Below are positions 1 through 8,648 of a DNA stretch of 34,435 nt, in pieces. Numbering within the stretch: the stretch's first letter is position 1; each line of letters starts with the position of its first letter. The notes under the pieces are model-generated. The model had not been told where the DNA came from. It ran no database searches and saw only the letters and a program-made list of their open reading frames with translations. The DNA lies in NCBI GenBank assembly GCA_027339965.1, contig DAHWNL010000057.1, positions 1-34,435 on the forward strand, read 5' to 3'. The position numbers and the translations under genes are program-made. Source of the DNA: Granulicella sp. Its GTDB lineage: Bacteria > Acidobacteriota > Terriglobia > Terriglobales > Acidobacteriaceae.

Positions 1-1634
1 TGTTCGTAGTAGACGCCGATGCCGGCGGAGATCTTGGTGGAAGGAACTTTGCCCGGAGCGAAGACCGCGGCGAAGCGTGGAGAGTAGAGCGGGCGGCGCA
101 CAATCTCGTCCCAGTCAAAACGCAGGCCGGGTTCGATAGCCAGACTCTTGGAAAGTTGCCAGTGGTCCTGCGCGTAACCCGAGTCGTCTGCATTCCCCCG
201 TTGAAAGGCGGGCACCGAGGGAAAGGTGCTCTGGCGCACCAAGGTGCCGTTCTCGCGGAGGTAGCTGATGGATGTGTTGAAGAAGCGCTGGCCAAATCGA
301 ATCTGTTCAAAGTCCACGCCGAACTGAGCCTCATGCGTCCCCAGCCATTTGCGCGGGTTCAGGTAGAGAATCGCGTTTTCCTGGAATCGGCTGGAAAGGT
401 CGGTGAGGCTCTGGAAGTAGCTGCCCTCGGCAACGTTGGGAGTGATTGCGTAGGGCGTATCTCCGTTCGGCTCTGAGCCATTGTGGACACGGGTGATGCC
501 GGCAGAGACGTCCAGCAGAGATCCGTTAGAGAAGACCTGCTGGTCGCGGAAGTAGGGCAGCCAGGCGACAGTGTCCGTCTTGGTGGTGCTGACCTGCGGA
601 ATCAGGGTGGAAAGACCGTTGTAGCGGGAGTAATCATCGTTGAAGAGCGCCGAGGCGAAGAGATTGTTGCGCGGTGTGAGCTTGAATTGAAAGCGCAGGA
701 GGTCGCTCTCGTCCCAAAGCGGATCGGTATCCGCATTGGCGGGCAGCCCGATGATGTATCCGCTGGAGTACTCCATATCAAAGCCATTGAAGAACCAGGA
801 GTGGTTCTTGCGTACAGGCCCGGAAACGGTAATCCGAGGGATGAACTTATCAAAGTGGACGCCGTTATTGAGTATGTAGGAGGGCAGGAAGTCCGTTGCG
901 TTGAAGCGTAGGTGGTTGTCTCCCATTCCGCTGGAATAAGCGATGATGCCGCCGGTAGCGCGGCCATACTGTACGGGATAACGGGTGCTTTCAATGACGA
1001 TGTTACGGACCGCATCCGTGCTGACGTGCAGCGAGAGATCGCCGCTGTCAGGCGAGCGGAGATTCATGTCGTCGAGTTCATCCAGGGTAGCGTAGGTGGG
1101 GGAGCCGGCCACGTGCGCCTGACCGGATGGATCCTGAATGACGCCGGGGTTGAAGGGAAAGAGATCCTGGATATCGCGATCGACGATGTACGGGATGTTG
1201 ACGATCTCTGGCATGCTCATCGTGGAGGCGTCAGCGAACTGTTGAGGGTCGATGGTTGGATTTGAGGCAGTGACGTTGACCTGCTGGCGAATGTACTGCT
1301 CATGGGCCATTGTGATCTGCATTTCCGGGATGGCCGGGTCGAGGTTCGCCTTGGTGGTCTGGTAGAAGCCTTGCTTGTCAGCCAGAACGTGGTAGGGAGC
1401 CTTGGAGGTAAGAACGAATTGTGCGTGTCCGAACTGGTCAGTAAGCAGTTCAACCGTTGGCGCGTTGGGCTGGGCAATGGTGAGAGCGGCCCCACGAACC
1501 GCAATTCCGTTTTCATCTACTACGGTGAACAAAATGGGGAAAGAAGGGACCTTTGTTTGAGCGAAGACAGGAAGGGCAAGGCAAAGGAAAACAGGGAACA
1601 TGAGAAGGATGCGCGTTGGATGCAGACGACACAT
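1..1634 (-). CDS. TonB-dependent receptor with N-terminal carboxypeptidase-regulatory-like domain (partial; runs off the window's left edge)
   Basis: Absent from the ORF track because no stop lies in the window. Manual translation from ATG 1634 gives MCRLHPTRILLMFPVFLCLALPVFAQ (signal peptide), then FTVVDENG, plug-like YPVQYGRATGGII, and barrel-like YAQDHWQLSKSLAIEPGLRFDWD...SPRFAAVF...KISAGIGVYYE. Confidence 0.85.
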   Translation of the reverse strand, partial: MCRLHPTRILLMFPVFLCLALPVFAQTKVPSFPILFTVVDENGIAVRGAALTIAQPNAPTVELLTDQFGHAQFVLTSKAPYHVLADKQGFYQTTKANLDPAIPEMQITMAHEQYIRQQVNVTASNPTIDPQQFADASTMSMPEIVNIPYIVDRDIQDLFPFNPGVIQDPSGQAHVAGSPTYATLDELDDMNLRSPDSGDLSLHVSTDAVRNIVIESTRYPVQYGRATGGIIAYSSGMGDNHLRFNATDFLPSYILNNGVHFDKFIPRITVSGPVRKNHSWFFNGFDMEYSSGYIIGLPANADTDPLWDESDLLRFQFKLTPRNNLFASALFNDDYSRYNGLSTLIPQVSTTKTDTVAWLPYFRDQQVFSNGSLLDVSAGITRVHNGSEPNGDTPYAITPNVAEGSYFQSLTDLSSRFQENAILYLNPRKWLGTHEAQFGVDFEQIRFGQRFFNTSISYLRENGTLVRQSTFPSVPAFQRGNADDSGYAQDHWQLSKSLAIEPGLRFDWDEIVRRPLYSPRFAAVFAPGKVPSTKISAGIGVYYE

Positions 1635-1778
1635 GTGTACTCTTAGACGATCGTAGAGTGGAGAGAGAGTGTGTGGGGATCTCCATGTGAATAAATTGTC
1701 ATGCCGACTGAGATGTACGCTTCGATCCGGCTTCTCTCCCTCGGATCCGCTCTGGGCAAATCCGCCAGAAAAGAGGGA

Positions 1779-2003
1779 CTCCGCTCCCCAGTCGCTGGCG
1801 GGGACGGTGTTCTTGAGTTCACCGTTGATTCTGGCGATGCCTGCCAAAGCCCCGGAGATCTCATCTCCGCCCTCGCTTGCAGGAACCAGTTTCGCTACAG
1901 GCTTGCCATGCTTGGTGATAGCCACAGGCAGACCGCTCTGCGTGACCTTGTCCATCACCGCAAGACATTACGCTTGGAACTGTGCGGCGGCCATCTTTTG
2001 CAT
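1779..2003 (-). pseudogene. Phd/YefM-family antitoxin remnant with internal stop codon
   Basis: ATG 2003 gives MQKMAAAQFQA*CLAVMDKVTQSGLPVAITKHGKPVAKLVPASEGGDEISGALAGIARINGELKNTVPASDWGAE, carrying the Phd signature ITKHGKPVAKLVP. In-frame TAA at 1970-1968. No native stop and no intact toxin gene follow. Confidence 0.8.
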
Positions 2004-2022
2004 GATTAGGCTGCTTTCCGAT

Positions 2023-2057
2023 ATGACCATAAAAAGATGACCTGTTTGTCCGGTCAA
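2023..2057 (-). promoter_or_regulatory. Putative toxin-antitoxin promoter/operator: TGACC-N9-GGTCA palindrome with an extra ATGACC half-site and a TTGACC -35-like hexamer
   Basis: TGACC at 2038-2042 and GGTCA at 2052-2056. ATGACC is repeated at 2023-2028 and 2037-2042. Minus-strand TTGACC at 2057-2052. Lies 20-55 bp upstream of the antitoxin ATG. Confidence 0.5.
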
Positions 2058-2137
2058 AAGGCAGACTGTACACGGTTGTTGGGACATGCCGAGTGTGGTG
2101 AAAGTGGAAACCGCAGATGGGCCAGAGATCCTGCAAA

Positions 2138-2165
2138 CCCACATCTCTGAAAAACGAGATGTGGG
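2138..2165. repeat. REP-like palindrome (10-bp perfect stem, 8-nt loop)
   Basis: Intergenic CCCACATCTC-tgaaaaac-GAGATGTGGG followed by GTGCCC. Confidence 0.6.
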
Positions 2166-2353
2166 GTGCCCACTCTCGAATCAAATGCTCCTTTGTGACG
2201 AAAAAGACTTCTTGATAACCGGAAATGCGCTGAGGTGACGAGGGCGGCTCCTGGTCGGCGTGCAGGACGCCCGGTCCACACAAAAGATCATTGGCCGGCA
2301 CGATGGCTTTCTGGTCGAAATAGCCGACACAAGTTGTGAGGCGCTCGCGCCAG

Positions 2354-5300
2354 CTACTGCTTGTACTGGAAGGACTTGTTTGGGTAAGGCGGATGCGGCG
2401 GGACCGGGTTGGGGTCGGCCTTGATCTCCTTCTGAAGCAGCTTGATGGCGGCTTGCAACTGCGCGTCTGATCCTTCATAGGTGGCATGGGGAAGGTCATC
2501 GACGACGATGTCGGGGTCCACGCCGTGGCCTTCGATGAGCCAGTGCTTTCCCTGCGCCCCGTAGACGCCCATTTCGGCCGCGGTGGCGATGCCGCCGTCC
2601 TTTTCAAAGTCATTCGCGCTCAGCCAGATCTCGCCTCCCCAGGTGCGGGTGCCCATGACCTTGCCCAGATGCAGCCGCTTGAAGCCTTCTGTGAAGGCCT
2701 CGCCATCCGATGCGGTGAACGCATCGCAGAGAACCACAATGTGGCCGCGGAAGGCGTCCTGCATATTCCACATGGGCTCACCGACCCGCGGCTGCCAGTA
2801 GAACCATGCCTTGCGCAGCAGCGTGGAGAGCAGCCAGGAGTCGATGTTGCCGCCGCGGTTGTGGCGGACGTCGATGATCAGGCCCTGACGGTTGAAGACA
2901 GGATAGAAGTCGCGCGCCCATTGGTCGATATCCTCCGGACCCATGGCGCGCAGATGTACGTAGCCGATTCTGTCGTGCGATGCAGCATCCACCTGCAGAC
3001 GCCGCGTGTACTCCCACTCGGCGTAACGCAGATTGGCGTCCTCGGTCTCGGAGATGGGCGTGACCAGCACGTTGCGCATCTCTCCGCCGGCGGATTTCAC
3101 GGTCAGTATGACCTGGACTCCGGCTTTGCCGCGCAGCAGAACACTCTCATTGGGAACGCTGAGAAGGCTGTGGCCGTCAATGCTGACGATAACTTCGCCC
3201 TCTTGCACCAGGGATTGAGGGCGCGCCAGTGGCGGCGCCTGACTGGGCAGGTCCGGGTCGTGCAGGTAGATGTGTTGAACGACGTAGCCTCCCGCTTTCT
3301 CATCTCGCTGAAGCAGAGCGCCAAGCGTGGCCGTAGCGACATCCTGGGAGGGCTTGGGTGCGTCGCCACCGTGGACAAAGGTGTGCAGCGTGGAGAGTTC
3401 GCCGACCATCTGCGCAATGACGTCATTGAGCTCGTCGCGGTCGGAGACGCGAGCGACGAGCGGAAGATAGCGCCGTCGCATCGCGTTCCAGTCGACGCCC
3501 TGCATGTCGGGGTCGTAGTAGTAGTCGCGCTCGAGACGCCAGGCGTCAAGAAAGATGCCACGGAACTCGTCGCGCGGGTCGGTGGAGAAGATCCAGTGCG
3601 AAAGATCCATCTGCTTTTTGGCCAGAAGTTTGGGATCCTTGAGCGTCGAGGCCTTCGCGTCAGCGTCCAGAATGTAGAACTTCTTCTCCTCTGCGACCAG
3701 CATCTTTTTGCGGTTCAGGGAGACTTCGAAGCGGTGCACATCGGAGAGGAGGGTCGAGGGAGGATCGCCGTGGTTGGCGATCGCCAGGCACTGCAGGCTT
3801 TGCTTGGCGTGGATACTATCGGCAGAGCTGAGCCAGCAGAGACGCTTGTCTGTCAGTTGAAGACTGCTGTAGTTTCCGGCTGCAACGGGAACGCTGGTTA
3901 AGCGCGCGGAGAGGCCCGTGAAGTCAATGTTCACCGGGCTCGGCTTAGGAGTTGCCTTGGATGCTTTTCCGGCGGTCGATGGAGTGAAGGCGCCCGAGGG
4001 CTTAGCGGAGGCGTCCGCGGATTGCTCCCCCTCGTCGGGATGAAGTTCGTCGGAGGGGAGAAAGGGTGAGCGGAGGCCGGGGGTAAGGGCAAGCTGGTAG
4101 ATCTGTTCAGAGCGATCGAAGTGCGGGGAAGGCTGCCGCGAGCCCCAGGGCGAGTCGACCGTGGTTTTCAAATTGCGGTCGGAGAGGAAGTAGAGCCACT
4201 TTCCGTCACTGCTCCAGGCAGGGCTGGCGCTGTTGTAGCGGTCTGAGGTGATGGAGTGAACTTCGCCAGTGGAGGCGCGGAGCAGATGGATCTGATCGAA
4301 GAGGTTGGGTGCGGATTCAACATAGGCGAGCCACTGACTGTCAGGAGACCAGGAGAGATCGCGGAAGTCGTCGGCGGGCGTCTGGGCGATCTGCCGGGTC
4401 GCCTTGGTGTCGATGTTGTAGAGCCAAAGGATGTGGTTCTTGTCGAAGTACGCCAGCCAATGGCCGTTCGGGGAGGGCACCCCATCCCAGATCAGAATCT
4501 TGGCGCCGTGCGTCCATTGCTCCGGGGTACCCAGGCCGTTAGCCGGATACTTCCAGAACTCGGTCTCTCCGCCGGCGGTGGAGAGGGCAAGGATGCTCTT
4601 GCCATCGGGAAGGAAGCGCGCGCTGAAGTACCGGCTTTGGGCAGAGGAGGCAACTTTGACGATGCGCCCGGTGTTGGCAGGGACACGGAAGACCTCGCCG
4701 CGTGCGGTGAAAACCGCGCTTCCTCCGTCAGGAGCGATGTGTACAGCGCTGAGGTACTGGAGAGGCGATGTCACCCAGTGGGTCTGGAGCTGGTCGAAGT
4801 CGGAGAGAAGCGTAACGGGGATCTCGGCCTCGTGCCCTGTTTTCAGGTCGAGCAGCCAGAGTGCGCCGGCGCAAGAATAGACGATACGGCCATGGGAGAG
4901 GGAGGCGCTCTCAATGTCGAAGACCCGCTGATGGGACTCCTGGCGGAGATCATGACCCCGAGGGTCTATGGAGTAGACGTTCATGACCCCGCCGCGATCG
5001 GAGAGGAAGTAGATGCGGCCGTTCCAGATCATGGGATTGTTGGACGTGCCGGCGTAGTCGGCTGTGAGGGGAGTCGCCTCTCCATGGCCATCGTAGCTCC
5101 AGAGGCTCTCCGCTGTGCCTCCCTTGTAGCGCTTGGTATTGCTGGGCTGCTTGTACCAGCGGGTGAAGACCAGGGTTTGGCCGTCAGGAAAATAGGCCGC
5201 TTGAGCGACCCCGGCCAAAGGGACGATATCGGCCTGACCGGCATCATTGAGCAGGACCAGGCGCGGGATGGGCAGCGTCGAGTAACGGGTGGTGCTGACC

Positions 5301-5752
5301 ATCAGACGGCCGTCGGGGGTCCAGCCCTCTGGGATGGCCACTCCGTTCCAGGTACGCCGCTGGGGAATGCCGCCGTGGATGGGCATGGTGTAGACGTCGC
5401 TGGGACCCTCGTACTGGGCGCGGAAGGCCACGGTCTGCCCGTCCGGCGATATGTTGGCCATGGTCTCGTTCCCCGAGGCTGAGGTGAGCCGGCTGGCGAG
5501 CCCGCCATGAAGGTTCACCGACCATAGGTCACCTTCGGAGTTAAAGACGATCGTGTCTCCATGTACAGCGGGGTAACGGTAATAGCCTGTGCGGCCGGCA
5601 GGCGCGTTACCAAGCTCCGGGCTGGCGCCCGAAGAGACAGCAGCCCCGGCGGAGATTCCACTGCCGACCAGGATCGATGCGAGCAGCGCAAGGGCGAAGA
5701 TTCTCGCAAGACAAAGTGGCTGCCGCGCCATGAGCATGGTTTCGGTGCGCAT
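2354..5752 (-). CDS. Tricorn protease homolog (S41 family peptidase with beta-propellers and PDZ domain), secreted
   Basis: YYRYPAVHGDTIVF start, PD40-like repeats (SPDG/SWSPDS), IGYVHL, LIIDVRHNRGG, catalytic ASDGE, GTRTWGG and EGHGVDPD. Start placed at ATG 5752 (AGGAG upstream, followed by a hydrophobic signal peptide). The ORF-track extension to 6013 looks non-coding. Confidence 0.92.
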   Translation of the reverse strand: MRTETMLMARQPLCLARIFALALLASILVGSGISAGAAVSSGASPELGNAPAGRTGYYRYPAVHGDTIVFNSEGDLWSVNLHGGLASRLTSASGNETMANISPDGQTVAFRAQYEGPSDVYTMPIHGGIPQRRTWNGVAIPEGWTPDGRLMVSTTRYSTLPIPRLVLLNDAGQADIVPLAGVAQAAYFPDGQTLVFTRWYKQPSNTKRYKGGTAESLWSYDGHGEATPLTADYAGTSNNPMIWNGRIYFLSDRGGVMNVYSIDPRGHDLRQESHQRVFDIESASLSHGRIVYSCAGALWLLDLKTGHEAEIPVTLLSDFDQLQTHWVTSPLQYLSAVHIAPDGGSAVFTARGEVFRVPANTGRIVKVASSAQSRYFSARFLPDGKSILALSTAGGETEFWKYPANGLGTPEQWTHGAKILIWDGVPSPNGHWLAYFDKNHILWLYNIDTKATRQIAQTPADDFRDLSWSPDSQWLAYVESAPNLFDQIHLLRASTGEVHSITSDRYNSASPAWSSDGKWLYFLSDRNLKTTVDSPWGSRQPSPHFDRSEQIYQLALTPGLRSPFLPSDELHPDEGEQSADASAKPSGAFTPSTAGKASKATPKPSPVNIDFTGLSARLTSVPVAAGNYSSLQLTDKRLCWLSSADSIHAKQSLQCLAIANHGDPPSTLLSDVHRFEVSLNRKKMLVAEEKKFYILDADAKASTLKDPKLLAKKQMDLSHWIFSTDPRDEFRGIFLDAWRLERDYYYDPDMQGVDWNAMRRRYLPLVARVSDRDELNDVIAQMVGELSTLHTFVHGGDAPKPSQDVATATLGALLQRDEKAGGYVVQHIYLHDPDLPSQAPPLARPQSLVQEGEVIVSIDGHSLLSVPNESVLLRGKAGVQVILTVKSAGGEMRNVLVTPISETEDANLRYAEWEYTRRLQVDAASHDRIGYVHLRAMGPEDIDQWARDFYPVFNRQGLIIDVRHNRGGNIDSWLLSTLLRKAWFYWQPRVGEPMWNMQDAFRGHIVVLCDAFTASDGEAFTEGFKRLHLGKVMGTRTWGGEIWLSANDFEKDGGIATAAEMGVYGAQGKHWLIEGHGVDPDIVVDDLPHATYEGSDAQLQAAIKLLQKEIKADPNPVPPHPPYPNKSFQYKQ

Positions 5753-6083
5753 TGAAACTGATCTCCTGAGTGGGATGGCCTTGGTGCGTTGAAGGCGGGC
5801 CAATGAGATGCAGGACCGCCTTACGATAATTGGAGACCGCCTTCTTCTTCCGTTGCGAGTCGGCGGAGGTCTGGATGGTTTTTCCTTACGCTCTCGGTGC
5901 GAGCCAGTATACGGCAGCGCCACCTGGCGGTGCCGCGAACCAGAGGAAAGCAAAAAGCTTTTCTGAAGTCCATCGAAGGGATGAGGGCCTTTGAAATCGA
6001 AGGTATGGTACATGAAAAAGAATGAGTTACAGCTTCGCAGAACGCAAACGATGGCGTTATGCTAAAGGCCGAGGTAGCGATCG

Positions 6084-7427
6084 ATGGATGCGCTGACGAT
6101 GCACCGGCTTCAATTCGCCTTTACGGTAACCTTTCACTACCTATTTCCTCAGCTGACCATGGGACTTTCCCTGTTGATCGTGATCCTGAAGACCATGGCG
6201 CTGCGTACGAATAACGAACGTTACCATGACGCGGCGCGGTTTTGGGCAAAGATCTTTGCAGTGAACTTTTTATTGGGCGTTGTGACCGGCATTCCGATGG
6301 AGTTTCAGTTTGGAACGGACTGGTCGCAGTTCTCACGACTGGCAGGCGGTATCATCGGCCAGCCGCTGGCGATGGAGGGAGTCTTTTCCTTCTTCCTGGA
6401 GTCAGCGTTTCTAGGCATGTTCCTCTTTGGAGAAAAAAAGCTTTCGCGATGGGCTCATTGGGGAGCGGCGTTTCTGGTGTTTTTGGGATCCTGGATGTCC
6501 GGCTTCTTCATTATCGTGACAGATGCGTGGATGCAGCACCCCGTGGCGTATCAGAGAATGGCCGATGGAACTTACCAAGTGAGCAGCTTCTGGGGGTTGA
6601 TGATGAATCCCTGGGCCTGGTTGCAGTATGCGCATAACATGTGCGGCGCGGTGGTCACCGGGGCCTTCGTCGTGTCCGCCGTGGGGGCGCTCTATGTGTT
6701 GCGCGACCAGACCAGTGCGCCGGGCAGAATTTTTCTGCACTTGGGCGTGACGGCGGGAGTGATCGCCTCCATGCTGCAGATCTTTCCTACGGGCGATCTG
6801 CATGGCAAGTATCTGGCTCGGCATCAGCCGGTGGCGATTGCAGCCATGGAAGGGCTCTTCCACTCCACCAAAGGAGCTCCCATCGTGCTGATCGGACAGC
6901 CGAACATGGAACAGCAGACTATCGACAACCCGATTGCCGTCAACAAGGTTTTGAGCTTTTTGATTTACGGGACTACGGTGGCCGAAGTGAATGGGTTGGA
7001 TGCGTATCCGAAGGATCTGTGGCCCACTACGCTGCCGTTACTCTTTTATGCGTACCACATTATGGCGGGGCTGGGAACGTACTTTGTGCTGTTAATGGCT
7101 GTGGCGGCCTATCTGCTGGCGAAGGGCAGGCTCTTCACCACGCGTTGGGCGCTGTGGCCGTTGCTGCTGAGCTTTCCTCTGCCTTACATCGCGAATATTG
7201 CGGGCTGGGTGACGGCGGAGATTGGAAGGCAGCCGTGGTTGGTCTACAACCTGATCCGCACGGCTGATGGGTACTCGAAGCAGGTGAGCGCCGGGACGAC
7301 CTTATTCACCTTGCTGGGTTTCATGGGGATGTACGCAGTGCTCTCCATCTTGTGGATCCTGCTGGTTTACCGCATCATCGAAGCCGGCCCGGGAGCGCCC
7401 ACCGAGCATGCCGCGGGCAGAGCATAG
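6084..7427 (+). CDS. cydA: Cytochrome bd ubiquinol oxidase subunit I
   Basis: HRLQFAFTVTFHYLF, GVVTGIPMEFQFG, FFLES, AWMQHP, AAMEG and GWVTAEIGRQPW motifs; short Q-loop; GAGG RBS. Confidence 0.96.
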   Translation: MDALTMHRLQFAFTVTFHYLFPQLTMGLSLLIVILKTMALRTNNERYHDAARFWAKIFAVNFLLGVVTGIPMEFQFGTDWSQFSRLAGGIIGQPLAMEGVFSFFLESAFLGMFLFGEKKLSRWAHWGAAFLVFLGSWMSGFFIIVTDAWMQHPVAYQRMADGTYQVSSFWGLMMNPWAWLQYAHNMCGAVVTGAFVVSAVGALYVLRDQTSAPGRIFLHLGVTAGVIASMLQIFPTGDLHGKYLARHQPVAIAAMEGLFHSTKGAPIVLIGQPNMEQQTIDNPIAVNKVLSFLIYGTTVAEVNGLDAYPKDLWPTTLPLLFYAYHIMAGLGTYFVLLMAVAAYLLAKGRLFTTRWALWPLLLSFPLPYIANIAGWVTAEIGRQPWLVYNLIRTADGYSKQVSAGTTLFTLLGFMGMYAVLSILWILLVYRIIEAGPGAPTEHAAGRA

Positions 7428-7475
7428 GCATGGAGGAGACGCTTCGCAGGAAAGGCCGAAAGAGGGAGGTTGAGG

Positions 7476-8522
7476 ATGGGAGCCTTATGGTACTGGATTG
7501 TAGCGGGGATGCTGGCCGCCTACGTTGTGCTGGATGGATTTGATCTCGGGGTGGGCGTCCTGCTGCCGCTTGTGGCCAGAACGGAGGAGGAGCGGCAACA
7601 TTGCATCCGGGCGATCGGGCCGGTGTGGGATGGAAACGAAGTGTGGCTCCTGGCCGGAGGCGGAACTCTGTTCTTTGCCTTTCCGCAGGTGTATGCCTCC
7701 TCCTTTAGCGGCTTCTACCTGCCGCTGATCATCGTTCTGTGGCTGCTGGTGCTGCGCGGCGTAGCAGTGGAACTTCGCATGCACTTTGACGATTCGCTGT
7801 GGCGCACTTTCTTTGATGGAGTTATGACCTTTGCCAGTTCGCTGCTCGCGGTCTTCTTTGGAGCGGCGATGGCCAATGTGTTGCGTGGCGTTCCTTTGGG
7901 GCCGGATCACACCTTCTTTTTACCCCTGTGGACCAACTGGAGAACAGGTTCGAATCCTGGAATTCTGGACTGGTACACAGTGATCGGTGGCGTGATTGCG
8001 CTGCTGGCGCTGGCGTTGCATGGGGCGCTTTACCTCGTATTGAAGTGTGAAGGCGATCTGCAGCGGCGAGCCCGCGTTGCGGCGGTGCGGTTGTGGCCCA
8101 TGGTAGCGCTGGTTACGTTTCTGGCCATCCCAGCAACAGCGTGGGCGCGGCCGGATTCGCTTCAGAACTATTACGGGCGCCCGGCTGCGTTTCTGGCTCC
8201 GGTAATGGTGGTCGTGAGCCTTGGAATGATGAGGGTTGCTATCGGAAAGGGTGCGGAGATCCGTGCGTTTCTCTTCTCCTGCGCCTATCTCATCGCCATG
8301 CTTTGCGGCGCCGCTGTCGGCCTATACCCGGTGCTTTTGCCCTCCACCAACCCCTTGGGAGAGTCCTTAACCATTGCCAACTCGATTGTGGGGCCGCACA
8401 GCCGCAGTGTGGGGTTGGCCTGGTGGCTCTTTGGCATCTCTTTAGCGATTGTGTACTTCAGCGTGGTGTACTGGATGTTTCGCGGCAAGGTGTCGCGCTA
8501 TGCTGGTACTTATGGGCACTAA
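7476..8522 (+). CDS. cydB: Cytochrome bd ubiquinol oxidase subunit II
   Basis: YVVLDGFDLGVG, IGPVWDGNEVWL and FRGKV motifs; follows cydA; GGAGG before ATG 7476. Confidence 0.95.
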   Translation: MGALWYWIVAGMLAAYVVLDGFDLGVGVLLPLVARTEEERQHCIRAIGPVWDGNEVWLLAGGGTLFFAFPQVYASSFSGFYLPLIIVLWLLVLRGVAVELRMHFDDSLWRTFFDGVMTFASSLLAVFFGAAMANVLRGVPLGPDHTFFLPLWTNWRTGSNPGILDWYTVIGGVIALLALALHGALYLVLKCEGDLQRRARVAAVRLWPMVALVTFLAIPATAWARPDSLQNYYGRPAAFLAPVMVVVSLGMMRVAIGKGAEIRAFLFSCAYLIAMLCGAAVGLYPVLLPSTNPLGESLTIANSIVGPHSRSVGLAWWLFGISLAIVYFSVVYWMFRGKVSRYAGTYGH

Positions 8523-8648
8523 AGAGGGGGTTGTCTTGAGCCAGGCGGTTTTGTGGCGCTCGGATTGGCTGGCAGGAGCTCTCTGCCTTTGCACCCTCCC
8601 GATACAAAAGACGCGATGATTCGGCTATCCTCCTTCCAGGAGGATGAC

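Noticed and set aside
156..1646. Four consecutive + strand ORFs (156-476, 483-911, 912-1265, 1302-1646)
   Set aside because: They share the triplet frame of the minus-strand TonB receptor and are its antisense shadows; no motifs.
2486..5482. Long + strand ORFs of 471 and 408 aa
   Set aside because: Antisense shadows of the tricorn gene, typical of high-GC DNA.
5753..6013. N-terminal extension of the 1219-aa ORF
   Set aside because: Non-protein-like sequence covering the divergent promoter region; the RBS and signal peptide point to 5752.
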